NCBI GenBank assembly: GCA_963735805.1
Contig: CAVTMK010000003.1
Span: 288,001-352,000, forward strand
DNA length: 64,000 nt
Direction: 5' to 3'
Source: an uncultured Verrucomicrobiae bacterium
Lineage (GTDB): Bacteria > Verrucomicrobiota > Verrucomicrobiia > Chthoniobacterales > UBA10450
The notes below the pieces were generated by a model. That model ran no database searches. It had not been told where the DNA came from and saw nothing but the letters and a program-made list of their open reading frames with translations. The translations under genes and the position numbers were made by a program. This document shows positions 8,534-17,057 of the stretch, piece by piece. Position 1 is the stretch's first letter. Each line of letters opens with the position of its first letter.

Positions 8534-11197
8534 CTAGGTGCGCGAGAGGGCAATGACGGGATCGAGTCTCGCCGCGCGCCGGGCCGGCAAGTAACAAGCA
8601 ATTAGAGAAACAACGAGGAGCAGCAGCGAGATCGCGATAAATGTCATCGGATCGCTCGCGCCGACGTGGAAGAGCAGATTCGAAATTACGCGGGTGAGAC
8701 TGAAGGCACCGGCCAGTCCGGCGACAACGCCAATCGCGGCCAGCGTCATTCCCTGCCTAACGACTAGTCCGAGCACATCACTTCTCTGCGCACCGAGCGC
8801 CATGCGGATGCCGATTTCCTGCGTGCGTTGCGTGACCGTGTAAGCCATGACGCCGTAAATGCCGATCGCGGCAAGGAGCAACGCCGCGATCCCGAAGACG
8901 GCAAAGAGCTGCATCGAAACACGCCGCGTGCCTAACGAGTTCATCACCACGTCGTCCATCGTGCGGACGTTGTAGATGGGCTGATCCTTGTCGAGCGCCT
9001 GCACTTCGCGTCGCAAGGTGGTAGCAAAGGCAGCCGGATCGCCGGCGGTTCGAATCACCAGTCCCATGAAATTCCACTGAGAGTCCTGGGCGTGCGGAAC
9101 GTAGATTTGCATGCCGCCCTCTTCGGTGAGAGAACCGGTCTTCGTGTCGCCGACCACCCCGACGATTTCGCGCATGAATTTTTCATCGCGGCGATGCCCT
9201 CGAAATGCAGCCCAGATGCTGAGGCGTTTGCCGATCGCGGCTGTGGGCGAACCGAAGTAACGCTTCGCGGTGGTTTCGTTGATGATTACCACCTTCGGTC
9301 CGTCAGCATTGTCGCGAGGTTCGAAGGTGCGTCCGGAAAGCAACGGAATTTGGAGCGCGCGAAAATAATCGCCCGTGATGGTGGAGAACATCGCGTCCTT
9401 CGCTTCGTCCACCGTGAGCGGCCGGCCTTCCGGAATAAACCCGCGTCCAATCGCATAACCACTCGGGTTGAGCGGAAGATTGACGCTGGCTCCCGCCGCT
9501 TGCACGCCCGGCACCGCTTCCAGCCGTTCTATCAGTTGCCGGAAAAATTCCACGCACGGCTGATCATCTTTGTATTTCGGACCCTGCAACGCCAGGTTGG
9601 CGATGAGGACGTTGTGCGCATTGAAGCCGGGCCGAACCTCCTGGAGACGGAGGAAGCTCTTGATGAGCAATCCAGCGCCAACCAGTAGCACCAGCGAAAG
9701 GGCGACCTCACCGATCAACAGCAGGCTGCGCGCACTTGTCCGCCGATGTCCTTCGCCGCTGCGTCCGCCTTCTTTCAATGCGCTGGTGACGTCGAGCTTC
9801 GAGGCTTGGAGCGCGGGGACGATGCCGAAGAGAATGCCGGTAAGCGCCGAGACGCCGAGAGCGAACGTCAGGACGCGATAATCAATCCCGATCTGTTCGA
9901 GCCGCGGTGCGCCTTCGGGCAACATCGACATCAGCAGATCGGTTAACCAAATGCTGAGGACGAGTCCCGCAGCCCCGCCGATTGCCGAGAGCAGAATGCT
10001 CTCCGTCAGCATCTGCCGCAGAACGCGCGTGCGGCTCGCGCCCATCGCGGCCCGGATCGCAATTTCCTTTTGCCGCGCGGCGCTGCGGGCGAGGAGGAGA
10101 TTGGCAACGTTCGCGCAGGCAATCAGCAGCACGAATCCGACGGCGCCGAGGAGCGCGAGGAGGGATGGTTTTACCTCGCGAACGAGCCGTTCGTGGAGCG
10201 TCGAAATAAACACGTCCCAACCTTTGTTCGTCTCGTGAAACTGCTTGTCGAGCTGCGCATTGATGGCGCTGAGACGAGTTTGCGCCTGCTTCAGATCGAT
10301 ACCGGTATTCAGACGCGCGATCGCCGACCACACGCGGTTATCGCGCGGTTCGTCCCTGAGATTGACCGCGGTCGGCACCCAAACCTGGGTTTGCTCCGGG
10401 TATTCAAACCCCGGCGGCATCACGCCGATGATCGTGAGGGGGAATGAGCTCATCTGGACCTGTTTCCCGACGATGGCCGGATCAGATCCGAAGCGGCGCT
10501 TCCATAAGCCGTGGCTGATGATCGCGACGGTTTGCGGCCACCCTTTGTCGTCTTCGGGAACGAACGTTCGCCCGAGAACAGGCTGGACACCGAGCACGGA
10601 GAAGAACCCGGTCGTCACACCGGCGCGCGGCACGCGCTCCGGCTCCGCCCCATCCGCACCAAAGTTGGCGGTACCGGTCCAGTAGGCGGCGGTGCTCGCG
10701 AAGAGATCGGTTTGTTGCGACCAATCGGTAAAGTCGAGAAACGAGATGTTGCTCTCGGTAATGCCCGCCGCAGGATTTTTGCCTTCGATGTAGATGATGC
10801 GTTCGGCGTCCGGAAACGGAAGCGGACGGAGGAGCACGCCGTTCACCAGGCTGAAGATCGCGGTGTTCGCGCCGATGCCGAGCGCGAGCGCAATAATGGC
10901 GACGGCGGTGAAGCCGGGATTTTTGAAAAACATCCGCACGGCGTACCGCAGATCGCGCCCTACGCCTTCCATATAATAACCGGCCTTAGCTTCTCTGACC
11001 TTTTCCTTCAATTGCTCGACCCCGCCCAGCTCGATCGCGGCTTGTCGGCGCGCCTCCACTTCGGACAATCCTTCCGTGATTTTCTTTTCCACAAGAGCGT
11101 CCAAGGCATAAGCAAGTTCGTCAGAGAGCTCCTGTTCTACATCTCCCTTTCGAAACAGGTTCCGCCAAAAAGCGGCAATGCGATTGAGAACGCTCAT
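8534..11197 (-). CDS. Duplicated MacB/FtsX-type ABC permease (ADOP-like)
   Basis: DLRYAVR..KNPGF, LALGIGANTAIFS, LLIACANVANLLLAR, QRTQEIGIRMALGA, PARRAARLDP. Confidence 0.93.
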   Translation of the reverse strand: MSVLNRIAAFWRNLFRKGDVEQELSDELAYALDALVEKKITEGLSEVEARRQAAIELGGVEQLKEKVREAKAGYYMEGVGRDLRYAVRMFFKNPGFTAVAIIALALGIGANTAIFSLVNGVLLRPLPFPDAERIIYIEGKNPAAGITESNISFLDFTDWSQQTDLFASTAAYWTGTANFGADGAEPERVPRAGVTTGFFSVLGVQPVLGRTFVPEDDKGWPQTVAIISHGLWKRRFGSDPAIVGKQVQMSSFPLTIIGVMPPGFEYPEQTQVWVPTAVNLRDEPRDNRVWSAIARLNTGIDLKQAQTRLSAINAQLDKQFHETNKGWDVFISTLHERLVREVKPSLLALLGAVGFVLLIACANVANLLLARSAARQKEIAIRAAMGASRTRVLRQMLTESILLSAIGGAAGLVLSIWLTDLLMSMLPEGAPRLEQIGIDYRVLTFALGVSALTGILFGIVPALQASKLDVTSALKEGGRSGEGHRRTSARSLLLIGEVALSLVLLVGAGLLIKSFLRLQEVRPGFNAHNVLIANLALQGPKYKDDQPCVEFFRQLIERLEAVPGVQAAGASVNLPLNPSGYAIGRGFIPEGRPLTVDEAKDAMFSTITGDYFRALQIPLLSGRTFEPRDNADGPKVVIINETTAKRYFGSPTAAIGKRLSIWAAFRGHRRDEKFMREIVGVVGDTKTGSLTEEGGMQIYVPHAQDSQWNFMGLVIRTAGDPAAFATTLRREVQALDKDQPIYNVRTMDDVVMNSLGTRRVSMQLFAVFGIAALLLAAIGIYGVMAYTVTQRTQEIGIRMALGAQRSDVLGLVVRQGMTLAAIGVVAGLAGAFSLTRVISNLLFHVGASDPMTFIAISLLLLVVSLIACYLPARRAARLDPVIALSRT

Positions 11198-11205
11198 AGA
11201 AGACT

Positions 11206-11547
11206 TCAGGTCGCGCGGAGCGCGGCTGTGATTGCGCCCGAAACTTTGCGCCAATCGTTCGTTTCAGTTTGGAGCTGACGGCGGCCAGCTTTGGTCAGCC
11301 GATAAAACTTTGCTTTACGGCGGTTCTCCGATTCTCCCCATGACGAGGCGAGCCAACCAGCCTCCTCCATGCTGTGCAACGCCGGAAATAGCGAACCGGG
11401 CTTTACCTCAAACGCGCCGTTAGTGATCTGTTCGACGCGATGAGCAATGGCAAGACCGTGAAACTCTCCATGAACGAGCGTCTTCAGGATTAACAGATCC
11501 AGCGTGCCTTGGAGTAATTCCGTCGATTTATATCTTCGTATAGACAT
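11206..11547 (-). CDS. PadR family regulator (ADOP-associated type)
   Basis: LLQGTLDLLILKTL..HG..IA, GSLFPALH, WGESENRRKAKFYRLT. Confidence 0.92.
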   Translation of the reverse strand: MSIRRYKSTELLQGTLDLLILKTLVHGEFHGLAIAHRVEQITNGAFEVKPGSLFPALHSMEEAGWLASSWGESENRRKAKFYRLTKAGRRQLQTETNDWRKVSGAITAALRAT

Positions 11548-11586
11548 TCTGTAGGAGAATCGTCGCGTCCTATAGACTGTCAATAG
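11538..11586. promoter_or_regulatory. Two putative PadR operator palindromes
   Basis: CTATAGACTGTCAATAG (11570-11586) and GTATAGACATTCTGTAG (11538-11554, overlapping the ATG). Confidence 0.55.
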
Positions 11587-11590
11587 AAAG

Positions 11591-11619
11591 ACCGCGTAAA
11601 AGGCTTCGCCTCACGCGGT
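11591..11619 (+). repeat. 29-bp hairpin repeat, copy 3 (consensus)
   Basis: ACCGCGTAAAAGGCTTCGCCTCACGCGGT. Confidence 0.95.
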
Positions 11620-11637
11620 CATTCAAGATTCCGAACG

Positions 11638-12261
11638 CTACTTAACCGCGTTCCAGAACCAAAGTGCAAACAGCCCGTGCGTGCTTGGATTTGGATGCAA
11701 ACCATCGGCGACCGTACCTGTTCCATTCCAAAGTCGAAAGACGTCAACAGTAGCGTATTTCGTGTTGCGATGGCGTCGCCTGAAATTCTTTATCATCGTG
11801 CTGTATTGCGCGTTGAAAGCGGTGAAGGCTTTGCGTAACGCGCGGAGTTTCTTGCGCGAATAAGTGCGCTGGTAGTAGATCGTCTTGGTCAAGTCCGGCA
11901 GGTTCGGCATTAACACCGAGCGGAAGCCTTGCTGGTAGGCCATGTCTATTCCCGATGTATAAGCTGGAAGGTATTGCGCCACGCGAAATCGCTTGTCTAA
12001 TGCAGGAAACAACCATATAACGAGCAACGCACCGGCCTTTGATCCAGTCGGCATACTTTGCAACTGAGCAATTAAACCTCGGCGCGGCGGCGATGTGATG
12101 CTCAATAGCTGTGCGCTCGGTTGGGCTTTATTGTTGGCTTGGATATAAGTGAAGGCAAGCCTCCGAGATAATTTCCCGGGCCACGCTTGATAGCCAGTCG
12201 CTTGCGTTGCTGCGCTGTAAGAGTTCCCGCAGACATAAAGCGATGTGATTTTTGTGCTCAT
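11638..12261 (-). CDS. SGNH/GDSL hydrolase-like protein
   Basis: YVCGNSYS (GDS-like block I), PNLPDL, DGLHPNPSTH block V. Confidence 0.7.
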   Translation of the reverse strand: MSTKITSLYVCGNSYSAATQATGYQAWPGKLSRRLAFTYIQANNKAQPSAQLLSITSPPRRGLIAQLQSMPTGSKAGALLVIWLFPALDKRFRVAQYLPAYTSGIDMAYQQGFRSVLMPNLPDLTKTIYYQRTYSRKKLRALRKAFTAFNAQYSTMIKNFRRRHRNTKYATVDVFRLWNGTGTVADGLHPNPSTHGLFALWFWNAVK

Positions 12262-12467
12262 GAAGATTCCGAAAGGTCTTACTCAGCATGAAAATCCAGA
12301 TAAATTTCGTGTCGTCTTTCGGCGCGCGCAACTCGACAAACTCGCCGCGATTCGCGCGCGGTGTCGTAGTGCAGGCGAATCTGAATTAAATTTACGTTGC
12401 ATTGACTAATCGCGAGCACGAGCTGAAAACCGTTTCCATCTAACGGCTCGGCGCGATTACTTTTGAA

Positions 12468-12522
12468 TTCTTCCTTCTTAATTCTTCCTTTGCTTCCATT
12501 CTTCTTTCTTAATTCTTAATTG
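12468..12522 (+). repeat. TTCTT(AA/CC) heptamer array
   Basis: TTCTTCC TTCTTAA TTCTTCC ... TTCTTCT TTCTTAA TTCTTAA; same family as 6849-6879. Confidence 0.65.
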
Positions 12523-12538
12523 AAATAGGAGTTGCTCT

Positions 12539-13019
12539 ATGAAGAAGCGTTTCGTGCTCTGTTGTTTCCTTGTCGGTCTGGCGTTCTCCAGCTCTTTTAG
12601 CCAATAAACTGTTTTCATCGTCCGCCACGCTGAAAAGGCCGACGCCAGCAAAGACGCGGAATTATCGGGAGCCGGCCGCGCTCGCGCCGAAGCGTTGGCC
12701 AACATGCTGAGGGATTCAAAAATCAGCGTTATCTACACGACCGAGTTCAAGCCTACGCAGCAAACCGCCGCGCCACTAGCCAAGGCGCTCGGCCTGACGG
12801 TCACGATCTTGCCGGCCGAAAACCAGGCTGCGCTCGTCGCAAAACTGCGCACATCCACTGCCACTTCGTTAGTCGTCGGTCACGGCAACACCATCCCGGA
12901 CATAATCAAAGCGCTCGGGATAACGGAGCCGGTCAACATCCCCCGACAGCGACTACGATAATCTTTTCGTCGTCGCGCTTGGAGAAAAACCGTGCCTGAT
13001 CCGCCTTCATTACCGTTGA
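12539..13019 (+). pseudogene. Secreted histidine phosphatase (phosphoglycerate mutase/SixA-like) pseudogene
   Basis: ATG 12539 with signal peptide, in-frame TAA 12605-12607, VRHAEK and VVGHGNT motifs, +1 C in the C-run near 12940, TGA 13017-13019. Confidence 0.8.
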
Positions 13020-13023
13020 GTTT

Positions 13024-13052
13024 ACCGCGTAAAAGGCTTCGCCTCACGCGGT
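13024..13052 (+). repeat. 29-bp hairpin repeat, copy 4
   Basis: Identical to consensus. Confidence 0.95.
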
Positions 13053-13094
13053 CTTGGCGGTTTACCCTAACGGGGTGTTCTACGTGTACGTCTT

Positions 13095-13123
13095 ACCGCG
13101 TAAAAGGCTTCGCCTCACGCGGC
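13095..13123 (+). repeat. 29-bp hairpin repeat, copy 5
   Basis: ACCGCGTAAAAGGCTTCGCCTCACGCGGC. Confidence 0.95.
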
Positions 13124-13146
13124 TGTCGCGATAGAAAGGAGAGCGG

Positions 13147-13449
13147 ATGTTTTACGTCTACCTGTTGCATTCCGCGAAAGACAATGGGTTTTACATCGGT
13201 TTCTCGACGGACTTGAAGAGGCGGCTATCGGAGCATACACGGGGCGCTTCATTCGCCACGAAATCACGGGGTCCATGGAAGCTTATTTATTATGAAGCTT
13301 ACTTGAATCAGGAAGATGCTCTAGGGCGTGAAAAATATCTTAAGAGTGGATCCGGCAGACGATTTCTGCGAGCGCAATTACGTCATTATTTCCGCGTAAA
13401 TGGCTTCCCCCCACCCGGCGTAAATCAGGATGTCTCGCCCACCGACTAA
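13147..13449 (+). CDS. Small standalone GIY-YIG nuclease
   Basis: MFYVYLL...FYIG, DLKRRLSEH, LIYYEAY, ALGREKYLKSG; RBS AAGGAG upstream. Confidence 0.92.
   Translation: MFYVYLLHSAKDNGFYIGFSTDLKRRLSEHTRGASFATKSRGPWKLIYYEAYLNQEDALGREKYLKSGSGRRFLRAQLRHYFRVNGFPPPGVNQDVSPTD
13391..13419 (+). repeat. 29-bp hairpin repeat, degenerate copy 6 inside the GIY-YIG 3' end
   Basis: TCCGCGTAAATGGCTTCCCCCCACCCGGC, 24/29 identical to copy 5. Confidence 0.7.
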
Positions 13450-14329
13450 TAAACCGCGTGAGGCGAAGCCTTTTACGCGGATCATCAATCTCGTCGACGG
13501 CACTTACGAACTGTTCCGTCACTTCTACGGATTGCGACGGTTCACCAAAGGCAAGGACCGTCCCTACGGCGCGATCGTCGGCGTATTGCAGACCGTTCTT
13601 CAGATGCTGGAGAACGACGCCATTTATCTCGGCGTCGCCACCGATCACGTGATCGAGTCGTTTCGCAATCGGCTCTGGCCGGACTACAAGACCGGCACCG
13701 GCATTGAGCCCGCGCTGCTAGCGCAATTCCATCCGTTAGAGGAGGCGCTCGCGGCGATGGGCGTTGTCGTCTGGCCAATGATCGAGCTCGAAGCCGATGA
13801 CGCACTCGCTTCGGCCGCGCATATCGCGTCGAAAGACAAGAAGGTCGAGAAAATCGCCATCTGGACGCCGGATAAAGATTTGGCGCAATGCGTGCGAGGT
13901 ACGCGTGTGGTGCAGATCGACGGCCGCCGCAAAATCATTCGCGATGCGGCTGGGATACGCGAAAAGTTCGGCGTTGACCCTCCGCTCATCCCGGACCTGC
14001 TCGCGCTCGTGGGCGATGCGGCCGACGGCTACCCCGGCATCCCCGGGATCGGCGCCAGGACTGCCGCCCAGCTTTTGAACCGTTACGGTCCGATCCAAAA
14101 GTTCCCGTCAAACATTCTCGGCGACCAGCGCGATCTCGCGCTGCTCTTCAAGAATCTCGCGACGCTGCGCACCGATGCGCCGCTCTTTAAAAAGGTCGAG
14201 ACGTTGCGCTGGCGCGGTGCCACGCCGGCATTCGCGGCGTGGGCGGAGCGGATGAAAGCGCCGCGGTTGCTGGAGCGGTGCGACCGCGTAAAGCTGCGCC
14301 ACGCGGCAAGCAAGGCTGCGGGGTTCTAA
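13430..14329 (+). CDS. 5'-3' exonuclease / flap endonuclease (PIN + H3TH)
   Basis: LVDGTYELFRH, EADD, TPDKD, GDAADGYPGIPGIG; first 17 codons run through a repeat, so the start is uncertain. Confidence 0.88.
   Translation: MSRPPTNKPREAKPFTRIINLVDGTYELFRHFYGLRRFTKGKDRPYGAIVGVLQTVLQMLENDAIYLGVATDHVIESFRNRLWPDYKTGTGIEPALLAQFHPLEEALAAMGVVVWPMIELEADDALASAAHIASKDKKVEKIAIWTPDKDLAQCVRGTRVVQIDGRRKIIRDAAGIREKFGVDPPLIPDLLALVGDAADGYPGIPGIGARTAAQLLNRYGPIQKFPSNILGDQRDLALLFKNLATLRTDAPLFKKVETLRWRGATPAFAAWAERMKAPRLLERCDRVKLRHAASKAAGF
13453..13481 (-). repeat. 29-bp hairpin repeat, copy 7 (inverted)
   Basis: Reverse complement TCCGCGTAAAAGGCTTCGCCTCACGCGGT. Confidence 0.95.
14283..14307 (+). repeat. Hairpin repeat, degenerate copy 8 in the exonuclease 3' end
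   Basis: ACCGCGTAAAGCTGCGCCACGCGGC; both outer arms kept, inner part shortened. Confidence 0.6.
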
Positions 14330-14397
14330 CCGGCCTGGCTATTCCGAAGGTTTTTCCGAGATGTTAAAGTCCGACCCGCAGGAATAGACTCACACGT

Positions 14398-15228
14398 CTA
14401 TTCCCGATCAAACACAAGAATGCTCTTGGGCCTGCCTTGACCCGGCAGGCGTTCGGTCATCGTCAAGGTCCTGAGATCTGTGGAAAGCTCGGTCTGCAAG
14501 GTGCCCGTAATTTTGCCTTTGAATTTGTATGTGATTTCCAGGCTGCGCTCGTTAACGCGGCGTCCCGAATATGCGGTGCCTTTGTCCACACCTTTCGGAT
14601 CGAGGTCCGGATAATCGTTCCCATCTAACTTGATCCTCTTAACCATTTCTTCATCGGAACGTTTAAATGAGAGGCCGTCACCCTCGTAAGGCTGGATCTG
14701 GAGCTCGATCCCCATCTTTACTTTCGCACTCTCGCTGTCCCATGTGCCTGGAAAACCTGAATTTCCGGCCGTCCGATCGTATACGTAGGGCAAAAACAAT
14801 GTCGAACCGTTGGGCAAAGGTTGCGAGAACAGTGTCACACCGTCGGGCAAATACTGCGTAAAGGCGTCGTTCAGGGTTTTGCCGTCTTCGGAAAGCGTCC
14901 ACTGCGCCCTGAGGAGCACGCGGCCCTTCATCTTGCGGACGACCTCCCAACTGTTGGGTCCTTTCGCCGTAATGGACACGGTGGTTCCGCTCAGAGCTGG
15001 CTGGTCACTTCCATCGGCCACGACTGTGTCCACTTGGCCCGGGCCAAAGGTGAAGGTGTATCTGTTTTCTCCTGCGGCCTCAACCTTCATTTCGTCGTAG
15101 AGTTTGCTCTTGGACGGATTCACCTTCCATTTGCCTACGAAGGGATCGTTCGCCGCCGATACCGTGCCGATAGTCAGACAAACAACCGGCAGCGACAGAA
15201 GACTGCGCAGTAGCAGTAGCATTCGCAT
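14398..15228 (-). CDS. Secreted hypothetical protein with two repeated beta-barrel-like halves
   Basis: Signal peptide; DPFVGKWKVNPSKSK, LSEDGKTL / LSTDLRTL repeats. Confidence 0.75.
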   Translation of the reverse strand: MRMLLLLRSLLSLPVVCLTIGTVSAANDPFVGKWKVNPSKSKLYDEMKVEAAGENRYTFTFGPGQVDTVVADGSDQPALSGTTVSITAKGPNSWEVVRKMKGRVLLRAQWTLSEDGKTLNDAFTQYLPDGVTLFSQPLPNGSTLFLPYVYDRTAGNSGFPGTWDSESAKVKMGIELQIQPYEGDGLSFKRSDEEMVKRIKLDGNDYPDLDPKGVDKGTAYSGRRVNERSLEITYKFKGKITGTLQTELSTDLRTLTMTERLPGQGRPKSILVFDRE

Positions 15229-15379
15229 TCCCAAATTCTATACACAGGCGCTGTCCCTGTCTTCGAAATGTTGTGGAACGGATCGGCGTGTTGCGAGGCG
15301 ACAGGGCGCATTTAACAAATTCTGACAGAGTTGCGGGAGGTGATCCGCCGCTTATTCCGGACCTGCTCGCGCTCGTTTC

Positions 15380-16312
15380 TTAATTTTGCTTCGTTGATGC
15401 GATCCACTCCAACGGTCGCGGCTGAAAATTCAGGTCGCGTTTTGCCTTGGCGTTCGACACGCCTCGGATCTGAGTCCCGTAATAAACCGCATCCGCGCCA
15501 CCATCCCATTTCAGAGCATCTTCAACCGATACCTGCGGCGGTGGTGGAGCATTCAGCCATCGAGCAAACGCAGGGAGCCATTCGCGCACCGGTAAAGGTT
15601 GATCGTTCGCAATCAGATAAATCCCAGGATGGCCGCGCTCTGCTGCTGCAATGGTGGCAATCGCCGCGTCTTCAATGTGTAACCACGACCAAACGCCTTC
15701 GCCATTCCCGATGATCGGAAACTGCTGCTGTCGCACCTGTCGGGCAACATCGCCATCGGGGTTGAACCAGGTGCCGGGTCCATAGAAGAAACCATAACGT
15801 AGAACGATCGCTTCCATGTTGGGATTTCCCAGTAAACGATGCTCAAGCTCAGTTAGCTCGCGGGCACCTGCTGCAACCGCAGGCGAGGCATCAAATGCCA
15901 AGGGCGTATCTTCATCTGCCAATCCAGGACCAGGAATCGCATAGAATGCGACTGACTGCCTGAGGTAACGCCGCACACTCGCTGCTTGCGCGGCTGCCAG
16001 CACATTAGCGCCACCTTCTAAACGGATGCGATTGTTGAGAGCGGCGGCGGCGTTCATCGACTCAGGGGTGTAGGTTTTGGGTAAAGCGGTGAGTTGTTCA
16101 ATCACCACTTCAGGCTGCGCACGGCTGACAACCGCTTTGACCGCATCGGCATCAAATACATCGGCGATGGCAGGTTCTATGCCTTGTTGCACCAAAGCGT
16201 GCGCTTTTTCTGGAGAACGGGTCAGAGCAACGACACCGTGTCCTTTGGCGAGCAATTCTGCGATCAGGGGTCGACCGATCGCTCCCGTTCCCCCTGCAAC
16301 AAAAATCTTCAT
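15380..16312 (-). CDS. NAD-dependent epimerase/dehydratase (atypical SDR)
   Basis: MKIFVAGGTGAIG, LRYGFFYGPG, LHIEDAA; RBS GGAGG. Confidence 0.9.
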   Translation of the reverse strand: MKIFVAGGTGAIGRPLIAELLAKGHGVVALTRSPEKAHALVQQGIEPAIADVFDADAVKAVVSRAQPEVVIEQLTALPKTYTPESMNAAAALNNRIRLEGGANVLAAAQAASVRRYLRQSVAFYAIPGPGLADEDTPLAFDASPAVAAGARELTELEHRLLGNPNMEAIVLRYGFFYGPGTWFNPDGDVARQVRQQQFPIIGNGEGVWSWLHIEDAAIATIAAAERGHPGIYLIANDQPLPVREWLPAFARWLNAPPPPQVSVEDALKWDGGADAVYYGTQIRGVSNAKAKRDLNFQPRPLEWIASTKQN

Positions 16313-16478
16313 CTGTGAACCTCCTCTTGAAGTATGGGGCTATTCTTCATAACTCCTAGTTGAAACTCGCGCGCCTCCCGCAAACGCGGGAGTTCCCGGC
16401 AGCCAGGATATCCGTAGCACCCCGCGCCCCAATCGATCCGATCGCGGAGCCAAGGATTAAAGCAAAAGCTCCGGCTGG

Positions 16479-16913
16479 TCAGGCGACGGCGAGTTGCGGG
16501 GCGGCCGACTCCAAATCGGCGATCGAATTGGCCAGTTGTACTGGCGAGACGGGTTTGCTCAGGCAAAAGCGTGCGCCATTCGCGTAGGCGACGGCTCTTG
16601 CCTGCTCAGAATCTTTGTCAGCAACAACAAGCGTTGGCAGCTGCTTACAGCAGCCATGAATGGCGCCCAGCAATGTCATCCCACGGCAATCTCCATTGAA
16701 AGCCAGGATAGCGGCATCTAACTCACGCTTTCGTCGGCAAACAATTTGTAATGCCTCCTCGGCGGTTTGTGCGATGAGGAGAACCGTGCCGGTGTCCCAA
16801 AGCGCTTGCCTTACGACCGTTTTGAAGTCTTCGTCACGCGTGTAGAGGAGAACGAGCCGTGCGAGTCGTGGATGAGGGGGCGGTGCCAGTCGCGATTTCA
16901 TCGAGGGGTTCAC
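16479..16913 (-). CDS. Single-domain response regulator-like protein (atypical receiver)
   Basis: AEEALQ, LDAAILAF, GMTLL, AYANGARFCLSKP; phospho-Asp position appears to be Ala. Confidence 0.65.
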   Translation of the reverse strand: MNPSMKSRLAPPPHPRLARLVLLYTRDEDFKTVVRQALWDTGTVLLIAQTAEEALQIVCRRKRELDAAILAFNGDCRGMTLLGAIHGCCKQLPTLVVADKDSEQARAVAYANGARFCLSKPVSPVQLANSIADLESAAPQLAVA

Positions 16914-17057
16914 GCTGATTTCTACGGAAATTGGAGGGCGAAGGTCTCAAAGAATCTGGTGCATCGCTTCCGACTTTCAGCAATACGGAGACTTTTCTCG
17001 CAGAGAGTCCTGTTTTCGGGGAACTTCCGTCCGCCAACTCCGTAGAACCAGGTAAGA

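Noticed and set aside
2675..12945. Programmed frameshifting in the P450-like and phosphatase genes
   Set aside because: The indels are in plain C-runs with no slippery heptamer evident; decay or sequencing error is simpler, and the phosphatase also has a nonsense codon
13024..13123. CRISPR array (two 29-bp palindromic repeats with a 42-nt spacer)
   Set aside because: Only one short spacer; other copies are irregularly spaced, enclose whole genes and one is inverted; no cas genes in the window
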